The translations under genes were made by a program, and so were the position numbers. Source: Algoriphagus sp. (GTDB lineage Bacteria > Bacteroidota > Bacteroidia > Cytophagales > Cyclobacteriaceae). From it: 64,000 nucleotides of DNA. Numbering within the stretch: the stretch's first letter is position 1; each line of letters opens with the position of its first letter. Below are positions 9,221 to 16,625 of this stretch, piece by piece. The notes under the pieces are model-generated. The model had not been told where the DNA came from. It saw nothing but the letters and a program-made list of their open reading frames with translations, and did not search any database. The DNA is taken from NCBI RefSeq assembly GCF_013373065.1, contig NZ_JABXIN010000008.1, positions 31,166 to 95,165 on the forward strand, in the 5' to 3' direction.

Positions 9221-10856
9221 GATTAAGCTTTTGCTTCGAAAGGATCTCTTGATTTTAAAAAATAACATCTTATTGATCCTTCGGAATCCTGCCAGATTAC
9301 TTCCTTATGCTGGTCTGATCGGCTATTTTTTCTTTATCTACACTATGCGGATGAAGGATAGAACCAAAAAGCTGGATAATACTCTTCCGGAACTGGACGC
9401 TAGTGGATTACCTGAGATAGATTTTGCAACTCAGAATATTGTTGGAGGGATTACACTGCTTGCTTTAGGGTTTTTGCTTTATCAGCTTTTCCGAGCCACA
9501 AAACGAAATGTCAGCTTTTTTTCTATGGCTGACGTTAATTTACTATTTACAGGACCAGTTAAACCCGAAAATATTCTCCTCTACTACATGGGGAGGTCTA
9601 TTTTACCTTCTCTGGGAGGAAGTATTATTTTTTTGATTTATGGGGGAAGTCAAATGGCAGGTTCTTTTGATTTTTCATTGGGGAATATTGTTTTCATTTT
9701 ACTGGGATTTGCCTTGTTCTTTTTTCTCCTTTCACCTATTCGTTTTTTGATTTATACGCTGCATACCAAGTATGATATTATGGAGCAGATAAAGACGGTA
9801 ATCACGGTTTTGTCTGTGCTTTTGGCAGTAATGATTTTGATCCCCGGCTTAATGGCTGAAAAGTTTTGGCAGGGTATGTTTTCCTGGATTGCTTCTCCTT
9901 GGTTTGATTTATTTCCTTTTGTCGGATGGAGTAGGGGAATGATGGGATTCGTTATTCATCAAAATCTCATTTTGGCAATCTCCTTTTTGGGTTTATACTG
10001 TTTGACTTATTACCTCATCGTACGCCTAGTGATCCAATTTGCAGGCTACTATTATGAAGATGTACTGGAGGCGACCAAATCCAATGAGGTGCAGCGCGAT
10101 AAAGTCAAGGGAAAGCGGGAAAACTCCGAAGCCAACCTTAGTTTAAATGAGAAGAAACAACTTGCCCTTCCGGATTTCGGTGTAGGAGCAAAGGCTTTTT
10201 ACTGGCGAAATTATGTGCATTCCAGTAGGCAGGATTTTCACCCACTTTTTGGAATTTACAGTTTGGTATTGGCAGTCCTCGGAATTGCTTTTGCGGTTTT
10301 ATCGCATTTTGATTGGTTTTCACATAAGATTCTCAATGGTTACATATTGGTGTTATTGGGGTTTTACTTTTTGGCGGGAATTGGTCGGTCTTCGGTGGGG
10401 GATTTGAAGAAACCTTATTTCTTTTTGGTGCCAGCCTCCTGGACTTCCAAGTTCTGGAATGTCATCAAACTGGATCTCGTTCAGATCCTTTTATTTGCTG
10501 TGGTAATGATCGTTCCTTCGGTCTTAATTGCCGGTTTGCATATGTTGATGATTCCAATATTTATTGTTGGAATCCTCATAGCTTACCTGGTAGGCTTATG
10601 TATTAATTTAATTCCCCAGATTTCATTTGAGGAAGGCTGGGACCGAAAGCTGATTAAACCAATTATGATGATTGGGATTTTTCTTTTCGGAATAATTCCA
10701 GCCTTGGTCTTTGGTATTCTTGTTTTTGTATTTACCAAGCAATTTGTTTGGATGCTTCTTACAGTCACTATTGGGATGGGATTTGTAGCAGCTATTTTAA
10801 TTCATGTGACTTTAGATGTGCTTTCCCGATTAGAGTTTAAGGAGGAAAACTCGTGA
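9213..10856 (+). CDS. Polytopic membrane protein, putative ABC-exporter permease partner
   Basis: 547 aa with at least 10 hydrophobic segments. Its start overlaps the ATPase stop by 8 nt. The family call ('putative ABC exporter') is from recollection only. Confidence 0.6.
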   Translation: MNEIKLLLRKDLLILKNNILLILRNPARLLPYAGLIGYFFFIYTMRMKDRTKKLDNTLPELDASGLPEIDFATQNIVGGITLLALGFLLYQLFRATKRNVSFFSMADVNLLFTGPVKPENILLYYMGRSILPSLGGSIIFLIYGGSQMAGSFDFSLGNIVFILLGFALFFFLLSPIRFLIYTLHTKYDIMEQIKTVITVLSVLLAVMILIPGLMAEKFWQGMFSWIASPWFDLFPFVGWSRGMMGFVIHQNLILAISFLGLYCLTYYLIVRLVIQFAGYYYEDVLEATKSNEVQRDKVKGKRENSEANLSLNEKKQLALPDFGVGAKAFYWRNYVHSSRQDFHPLFGIYSLVLAVLGIAFAVLSHFDWFSHKILNGYILVLLGFYFLAGIGRSSVGDLKKPYFFLVPASWTSKFWNVIKLDLVQILLFAVVMIVPSVLIAGLHMLMIPIFIVGILIAYLVGLCINLIPQISFEEGWDRKLIKPIMMIGIFLFGIIPALVFGILVFVFTKQFVWMLLTVTIGMGFVAAILIHVTLDVLSRLEFKEENS

Positions 10857-10946
10857 CTTTGATGGAAGAAAAGGATTCTTTTAGCTAGCATTCGCCATGG
10901 CCCAAAAATTCCTTTAATTTTGCCCCGACCCAAATAAAACGAAACC

Positions 10947-12314
10947 ATGATTTATAACTCCATCATTGAAACCATCGGTAATACACCGATGATTCGTCTA
11001 AATAAACTTGCAAAAAGTATCAAAGGAGAAGTCCTTGTTAAAGTAGAATACTTCAATCCAGGGAATTCTATGAAGGACCGAATGGCGATTAAAATGGTGG
11101 AGGATGCTGAAAAAGCCGGGATTCTAAAACCAGGAGGAACTATCATTGAAGGAACTTCTGGAAATACAGGGATGGGGCTGGCATTGGCAGCAGTGGCCAA
11201 GGGTTACAAGTGTATTTTCACGATGGCTGATAAGCAGTCCAAGGAAAAAATTGATATTCTAAAGGCGGTCGGTGCGGAAGTAATTGTCTGCCCTACCAAT
11301 GTGGCTCCTGAGGACCCTAGGTCTTACTATTCTGTAGCGAGAAAGCTTAATGCTGACATCCCGAACTCGTTTTATCCTAATCAGTATGATAATCTTTCAA
11401 ATACAGCGGCCCATTACGAAACAACCGGGCCGGAAATTTGGAAGGACACAGAAGGAAAAATTACGCACTATGCAGCCGGGGTAGGAACGGGCGGATCTAT
11501 GTGTGGAACGGCGACCTACCTGAAAGAACAAAATCCCAATATCGTAACCGTAGGGATTGATACCTATGGATCCGTTTTCAAAAAATACAAGGAGACGGGA
11601 ATCTTCGACGAAAAGGAGGTATATCCTTATTTGACGGAAGGAATTGGGGAAGACATCCTGCCTAAAAACGTCAATTTTGATGTAATTGACCACTTTGTAA
11701 AAGTTACTGATAAAGATGCCGCAGTAATGACTCGGAGATTGGCTCGCGAAGAGGGGCTTTTCGTTGGCTGGTCTTGTGGTTCTGCGGTTCACGGGGCGCT
11801 AGAGTGGGCCAAAGAAAACCTGAAAGAAGGGGATGTGATGGTGATAATTCTTCCAGATCATGGGACACGGTATCTCGGTAAGGTTTACAACGATGATTGG
11901 ATGCGCAATCATGGGTTCTTGGAAGATAAAAGTTATGCCACGGCCAAGGATATTATTGCTAAACGCCCAACTGATTATAGCCTCATTTCCGTGAAAAAAT
12001 CAGATGCTGTCAGGGAGGCTATTTCCTTGATGAATAAGACTAGTGTGTCTCAAATTCCGGTAATGGATGGAGGTGAAGTAGTCGGTAGTGTAACAGATAC
12101 CAAATTACTCTCCAAAATCATCGAGAATCCGGTATTAAAAGATGCACATATTTCTGACGTGATGGAGGATTCGATGACTTTTGTGGCTGGAGATAGTACC
12201 CTTGATGTGCTTTCATCTATGATTGAAAAGGAAAAAGCGGTCTTGGTTCGCGATGATTTGGGAAAAATCCATATAATCACCAAGCATGATATTTTAGAGG
12301 CATTTACCCAATAA
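10947..12314 (+). CDS. Cystathionine beta-synthase-type PLP enzyme (CysK/CysM fold plus C-terminal CBS-domain pair)
   Basis: 455 aa. PLP-lysine motif PGNSMKDR and GTSGNTG loop. The C-terminal ~120 aa look like tandem CBS domains (VSQIPVMDGGEVVGSVT.., VLVRDDLGKIHIITKHDIL). Confidence 0.85.
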   Translation: MIYNSIIETIGNTPMIRLNKLAKSIKGEVLVKVEYFNPGNSMKDRMAIKMVEDAEKAGILKPGGTIIEGTSGNTGMGLALAAVAKGYKCIFTMADKQSKEKIDILKAVGAEVIVCPTNVAPEDPRSYYSVARKLNADIPNSFYPNQYDNLSNTAAHYETTGPEIWKDTEGKITHYAAGVGTGGSMCGTATYLKEQNPNIVTVGIDTYGSVFKKYKETGIFDEKEVYPYLTEGIGEDILPKNVNFDVIDHFVKVTDKDAAVMTRRLAREEGLFVGWSCGSAVHGALEWAKENLKEGDVMVIILPDHGTRYLGKVYNDDWMRNHGFLEDKSYATAKDIIAKRPTDYSLISVKKSDAVREAISLMNKTSVSQIPVMDGGEVVGSVTDTKLLSKIIENPVLKDAHISDVMEDSMTFVAGDSTLDVLSSMIEKEKAVLVRDDLGKIHIITKHDILEAFTQ

Positions 12315-12341
12315 TGAATTGCTGTGATCAGTCCATATAAA

Positions 12342-12995
12342 ATGGAGCAATTGCTCCAGAGCAAGCCAAATTTTAGCATCGATGATGCTTTGAAGAGAGG
12401 CTGGGAGCTATATAAAGAAACTCCCATCTTGCTTTCCCTCTTCTTCTTTATTTACATAGGGATTGCGGCGGCTTCTAGCTATTGGTTGGAAGATTTTTCT
12501 TTTATTATTAGCATTTTGATTTCACCAGCTTTGATGGCCGGATTTTATTTGGTTGCCAATAAAATCAGTAGAGGAGAAACTATTGCATTTGAAGATTTTT
12601 TTACGGGCTTTAATTTTTGGTTTCCTGTTGTTGTAGTCAATTTGGTATCTGGAATTTTGACCGGATTGGGAATTTTGGCCCTTATCCTTCCAGGGATCTA
12701 TTTAGGAGTTGCCTATGCCTTTTGTCTTCCTTTTGTGTTGTTTGCAGGCACAGAATTTTGGACTTCCATGGAGCTAAGTAGGAAATTAATTACCAAAATC
12801 TGGTGGCGGTTTTTTGCTTTCCTATTACTCCTGGTGGTTATCAATATGGTAGGTTTACTGTTTTTAGGAATAGGCCTATTGGTTTCTGGACCAGTTTCAT
12901 TGTTGGCAGTATACGCAGCTTTTGAAGATTTAGCTGGAAGTTACCTAGCGGATGATGATCAAAAGGTTAATCTTCCTCATGAGCCAGAACCATAG
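12342..12995 (+). CDS. Integral membrane protein of unknown function (DUF975-like guess)
   Basis: About 5 TM helices. I prefer the ATG at 12342 (MEQLLQSK) to the GTG at 12324. The 3' end overlaps the plsC 3' end by 29 nt. Confidence 0.55.
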   Translation: MEQLLQSKPNFSIDDALKRGWELYKETPILLSLFFFIYIGIAAASSYWLEDFSFIISILISPALMAGFYLVANKISRGETIAFEDFFTGFNFWFPVVVVNLVSGILTGLGILALILPGIYLGVAYAFCLPFVLFAGTEFWTSMELSRKLITKIWWRFFAFLLLLVVINMVGLLFLGIGLLVSGPVSLLAVYAAFEDLAGSYLADDDQKVNLPHEPEP

Positions 12996-13701
12996 CTTCT
13001 AATCGATTTCGACATTGATCTGTAAAATCCAAAACAGCGCTGTCTGAAGTCGTGGGAGGTGTAAGCGCTTCAGAAAAATAGATTCGAATTTTTCCCGGCT
13101 TTAATAAAAGTGATCCCCGTTTCATAATGTGATCGGCGCCTAGAACAGCCATTGGAAGAATAGGTATTCGGGTTTCTATGGAAAGTCGAAATGCACCTTT
13201 GTGAAAAGGGAGTAGCGTTTCAGAGGTGTCATTTCTTGTCCCTTCAGGGGCTACCACTACTGATTTCCCTTTTGATAAGATTGTAACCAACTTAGCGAGG
13301 CTTTCCTTTCGGGATTCAGTTGAGGTTCGGTCAACCCAAATGGCAAATTTTCCAACTACCCATCCAAAGACAGGAATTTTAGATAGTTCTTTTTTTCCAA
13401 GCGCTTTTAGCGTTTGAGGGATAGCGATGGGGATGACAGGGGCATCTATAAAAGACCGGTGATTGAAAATAAAAATGTAAGGTTGCTTTGGGTCAATAAA
13501 TTCTAATCCTTGAATTTCATAGCGAATCCCCGTTAAAAACGACCAAATTCCAGCCCAAGCCCGGATAAAAAAGAAGGATAAACGATCTCCCTTTTCCGAA
13601 ATCATGGCGGGGATGACTATAAATAAGCCTAGCAATAGCATCAGAGAAATAAATAACAAGGCAGAATAGAGGGTGTAAATTGCCTGAAAGAACTTGATCA
13701 T
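12967..13701 (-). CDS. plsC: 1-acyl-sn-glycerol-3-phosphate acyltransferase
   Basis: 244 aa. Acyltransferase motifs NHRSFIDAP (HX4D) and APEGTRN, with an N-terminal TM anchor. Confidence 0.85.
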   Translation of the reverse strand: MIKFFQAIYTLYSALLFISLMLLLGLFIVIPAMISEKGDRLSFFFIRAWAGIWSFLTGIRYEIQGLEFIDPKQPYIFIFNHRSFIDAPVIPIAIPQTLKALGKKELSKIPVFGWVVGKFAIWVDRTSTESRKESLAKLVTILSKGKSVVVAPEGTRNDTSETLLPFHKGAFRLSIETRIPILPMAVLGADHIMKRGSLLLKPGKIRIYFSEALTPPTTSDSAVLDFTDQCRNRLEAMVLAHEED

Positions 13702-13757
13702 CCGGAAATTTGATTAATTTTGGGTACGAAAATAATCCTTTAACTCTTTGCTTGCAT

Positions 13758-13788
13758 AGGCCCCGAAGCGTTTGGGGCCTGTTTTTTT
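13758..13788 (+). terminator. Orphan plus-strand hairpin with T-tract in the plsC/rpsA divergent region
   Basis: aggcccc (13758-13764) pairs with ggggcct (13774-13780), followed by gttttttt. No plus-strand gene ends just upstream. Confidence 0.5.
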
Positions 13789-13893
13789 CAAGTCTAGGTG
13801 GAATTCGGTAGAAAAACAAAGCCTTTATAATTCTAGAGGTTGAATTTCCCCATTCATTTTTTAGGATGCTTTCCTCAAATAAAAGAAAATCAG

Positions 13894-14015
13894 TACCTTT
13901 GCAGTCCGTTCGGGTGAACGGGGTGTTTTAGTAGGTGCTAAAGCATTGATTGTCAAACAAAAAACCGCAGCAGTAAGACCCGGTTGCTGTAGGATTTTCA
14001 GGGTCAATATTTATT
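13894..14015 (+). promoter_or_regulatory. Putative rpsA -7 box (TACCTTTG) and structured ~115-nt leader
   Basis: TACCTTTG at 13894-13901 matches the Bacteroidota -7 consensus TAnnTTTG, but the -33 element is poor. The leader has hairpins ccgttc/gaacgg (13906-13921) and gcagca/tgctgt (13968-13990). Confidence 0.45.
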
Positions 14016-15770
14016 ATGTCAAACAATTCAGATTTTAACTGGGAAAACTTCGAAACCAAAGGATTCGGAGAAGGGTACTCCAAAGAGCAGCGCGAGCAAA
14101 TGGCCGCGATGTATGAGGGTACATTGAATGAGATCACTGAGAAAGAAGTGATCAAAGGAACCGTAGTAGGTGTGAACGACAAGGACGTGATCATCAACAT
14201 TGGTTTCAAATCCGATGGTTTGGTTCCATTGAACGAATTCCGTGACTTGGAATCTATCAAGCCAGGTGACGAAGTAGAAGTATTCATCGAAGAGCAGGAG
14301 AATGCTTTGGGTCAGTTGATCCTTTCCCGTAAAAAAGCCAAGATCGTCAAGGCTTGGCAGGACATCGAGAGCGCATTTGAAAATGACAGCGTGATCGAAG
14401 GTCTTGTGAAAAGAAGAACCAAAGGTGGTTTGATCGTAGATATCTACGGCGTAGAAGCCTTCTTGCCGGGTTCTCAGATTGACGTGAAGCCTATCAGAGA
14501 TTTTGATATCTATGTAGGTAAGAAAATGGAAGTGAAAGTGGTTAAAATCAACCACGCTAACGATAACGTAGTTGTTTCTCACAAAGTCTTGATCGAGAAG
14601 GATCTCGAGAAGCAAAAAGCAGAAATCCTCAACAACCTAGAAAAAGGTCAGGTTTTGGAAGGGGTGATCAAGAACATGACCAACTTCGGTGTATTCATCG
14701 ACTTGGGTGGTGTAGATGGTCTACTTCACATCACAGATATTTCTTGGGGACGAATCAATCATCCGGAAGAAGTATTGCAGCTTGATCAGAAAGTTCAGGT
14801 TGTAGTTCTTGACTTCGATGATGATAAGAAGCGAATCTCCTTGGGTATGAAGCAATTGACTGCTCATCCTTGGGATTCTCTAGCTGCTAACTTGGAAGTA
14901 GGTTCTCGAGTAAAAGGTAAGATCGTAAACGTAGCTGACTACGGAGCATTCTTGGAATTGGCTCCTGGAGTAGAAGGATTGATTCACGTATCTGAAATGA
15001 GCTGGTCTCAGCACTTGAGAAACCCTGCTGACTTCGTGAAAGTAGGAGACGAAATCGAAGCAGTAGTATTGACTTTGGACAAGGAAGATAGAAAGATGTC
15101 TTTGGGTATCAAGCAATTGACTGAAGATCCTTGGACTAAGGAAGATATGGCTACCAAGTATGCGGTAGGTACCAAGCACAAAGGTGTGGTACGTAACTTG
15201 ACCAACTTCGGCTTGTTCTTGGAATTGGAAGAAGGAATCGATGGATTGGTTCACGTTTCTGACCTTTCTTGGACTAAGAAGATCAAGCATCCATCTGAAT
15301 TTGTGAAAGTAGGAGACGAGCTAGAAGTAGCTGTTTTGGAACTTGATGTTGAAAACAGAAGATTGGCTTTGGGTCACAAGCAATTGGAAGAGAATCCATG
15401 GGATACTTTTGAAACTGTATTCCCATTAGGTTCTGTTCATAAGTGTACTGTAGTGTCCAAAAACGATAAAGGTGCTGTACTAGAGCTACCTTACGGATTG
15501 GAAGGCTTTGCTACTTCCAAAAACTTGGAGAAAGAAGACGGATCTCAAGTTGAGGTTGGTGAGTCTTTGGACTTCAAAGTGATGGAGTTCTCTAAGGACG
15601 ATAAGCGAATCGTTTTGTCTCACACGGCTACTTTCAAGGAAGATGTGAAGCCAGCTCCTAAAAAAGCTCCTAAGAAGAAAGAAGTAACTCAGGAGCCAGT
15701 TGAAAAGTCTACCTTGGGTGACTTGGATGCTTTGGCAGAATTGAAAGAAAAAATGGAAGGAAAGAAATAA
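14016..15770 (+). CDS. rpsA: 30S ribosomal protein S1
   Basis: 584 aa with six S1 OB-fold repeats (G.V.G.V....FG.F....G..GL.H.S). The C-terminal tail is Lys-rich. Confidence 0.95.
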   Translation: MSNNSDFNWENFETKGFGEGYSKEQREQMAAMYEGTLNEITEKEVIKGTVVGVNDKDVIINIGFKSDGLVPLNEFRDLESIKPGDEVEVFIEEQENALGQLILSRKKAKIVKAWQDIESAFENDSVIEGLVKRRTKGGLIVDIYGVEAFLPGSQIDVKPIRDFDIYVGKKMEVKVVKINHANDNVVVSHKVLIEKDLEKQKAEILNNLEKGQVLEGVIKNMTNFGVFIDLGGVDGLLHITDISWGRINHPEEVLQLDQKVQVVVLDFDDDKKRISLGMKQLTAHPWDSLAANLEVGSRVKGKIVNVADYGAFLELAPGVEGLIHVSEMSWSQHLRNPADFVKVGDEIEAVVLTLDKEDRKMSLGIKQLTEDPWTKEDMATKYAVGTKHKGVVRNLTNFGLFLELEEGIDGLVHVSDLSWTKKIKHPSEFVKVGDELEVAVLELDVENRRLALGHKQLEENPWDTFETVFPLGSVHKCTVVSKNDKGAVLELPYGLEGFATSKNLEKEDGSQVEVGESLDFKVMEFSKDDKRIVLSHTATFKEDVKPAPKKAPKKKEVTQEPVEKSTLGDLDALAELKEKMEGKK

Positions 15771-15793
15771 TCTTCCTTTTCAATAAACTAGAA

Positions 15794-15823
15794 AACGCCG
15801 GCTGAAAAGTCGGCGTTTTTTTT
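15794..15823 (+). terminator. rpsA intrinsic terminator
   Basis: aacgccg (15794-15800) pairs with cggcgtt (15811-15817), followed by T8. Confidence 0.85.
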
Positions 15824-16013
15824 GTTTCATTTACTTAGTGGGAATTGTTTCAAAAACGGATAAAGTAAAAAAGAGGCTTTCTCATAAAATGCCTTTTGTT
15901 AAGTTGAGCGCATGTCTGTCCAGCAAAGGCAATGAGTCGAAACGTTGTTAATTTAACCAAATACAGGCTTCGACTTCGCTCAGCCTGACAAAAAATCGAC
16001 TTTTGAGACAGTC

Positions 16014-16041
16014 GCTTTTGATTTTTGAGGTCGCGAGCGGA
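16014..16041 (-). repeat. Duplicated fragment of the tRNA-Cys 3' end plus its downstream flank
   Basis: gcttttgatttttgaggtcgcgagcgga (16014-16041) matches gctttttgatttctgaggtcgcgagcgga (16128-16156). The 16-nt core tgaggtcgcgagcgga is perfect. The copies are offset by 115 bp. Confidence 0.85.
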
Positions 16042-16102
16042 CCTGCCTGTTGGCAGACAGGTTCTAACAGTTGTGCAAGGCTTTAAAAGGAGTCATTAAA
16101 CC

Positions 16103-16134
16103 AAAAAAGCATCCCAATATTTAGGATGCTTTTT
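16103..16134. terminator. Hairpin terminator just downstream of tRNA-Cys (works on both strands)
   Basis: agcatcc (16108-16114) pairs with ggatgct (16124-16130). It is flanked by A6 and T5. Confidence 0.7.
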
Positions 16135-16142
16135 GATTTCTG

Positions 16143-16213
16143 AGGTCGCGAGCGGATTCGAACCGCTGTACAAGGTTTTGCAGACCTCTGCCTAGCCACT
16201 CGGCCACGCGACC
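16143..16213 (-). tRNA. tRNA-Cys (anticodon GCA)
   Basis: The reverse complement reads GGTCGCGTGGCCGAGTGGCTAGGCAGAGGTCTGCAAAACCTTGTACAGCGGTTCGAATCCGCTCGCGACCT. The acceptor arm GGTCGCG/CGCGACC, the anticodon loop CTGCAAA, the T-loop GGTTCGAATCC and discriminator U are all present. CCA is not encoded. Confidence 0.92.
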
Positions 16214-16281
16214 TTTTATTTTTTTACTTTTCTCCGACCAAAACCGCTTGGAAAAGATTCTTCGGGTCTCGAATCGGATGG

Positions 16282-16312
16282 CAAAGGTAGGCAATATCCT
16301 ATTTTGAGCAAA
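16282..16312 (-). promoter_or_regulatory. Bacteroidota-type promoter for tRNA-Cys (TTTG-N19-TACCTTTG)
   Basis: On the minus strand, TTTG lies at 16312-16309, a 19-nt spacer follows, and TACCTTTG lies at 16289-16282. This is about 65 nt upstream of the tRNA 5' end. Confidence 0.6.
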
Positions 16313-16550
16313 AGGTACATCTAGATTTTTTTCAAAGTCTGAAAAACCAAAAATTCCAAACCAGGCTTTAGAGATTTAACCCGAAAAACCAAGGTTTTTG
16401 GTGCCATTCTTTTCCCGAATTAAAACAATATTATTTATAATAATTCTAAATAAATAAAGCGCTTGATTTTCAATTATAACCTATTGTAAATCAATGATCT
16501 ATAATTGTAAATAGATTTTCACTTTCTAAAGCTTCTTAAAAAATTCCATA

Positions 16551-16581
16551 TTTGAAAAATAAACCCTTGATACTACCTTTG
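16551..16581 (+). promoter_or_regulatory. Bacteroidota-type promoter for the ACIII/oxidase operon (TTTG-N19-TACCTTTG)
   Basis: TTTG at 16551-16554, a 19-nt spacer, and TACCTTTG at 16574-16581. This is about 45 nt upstream of the actA ATG. Confidence 0.6.
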
Positions 16582-16625
16582 CAGGGGTTAAAGAGGACCG
16601 AATAAACTATTTAATTAGCTATAAT

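Noticed and set aside
14028-15290. Long antisense ORFs inside rpsA (14028-14615, 195 aa; 14880-15290, 136 aa; 15008-15205).
   Set aside because: They lie wholly within a highly conserved S1 gene on the opposite strand. They have no start context, signal or recognisable motif. They are typical stop-poor shadow frames of GAA/GAT/AAG-rich coding sequence.
15966-15990. The motif ggcttcgacttcgctcagcctgaca, which resembles short intergenic repeat elements I associate with Bacteroidota genomes.
   Set aside because: There is only one copy in this window and I cannot count it genome-wide, so there is not enough evidence to call it a repeat family.
16042-16110. Possibility that the duplicated tRNA 3' fragment belongs to a second tRNA or pseudo-tRNA gene.
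   Set aside because: Reading the minus strand upstream of the fragment shows no matching 5' acceptor strand (GGTCGCG), no D arm and no anticodon arm. Only the last ~15 nt of the tRNA are present.
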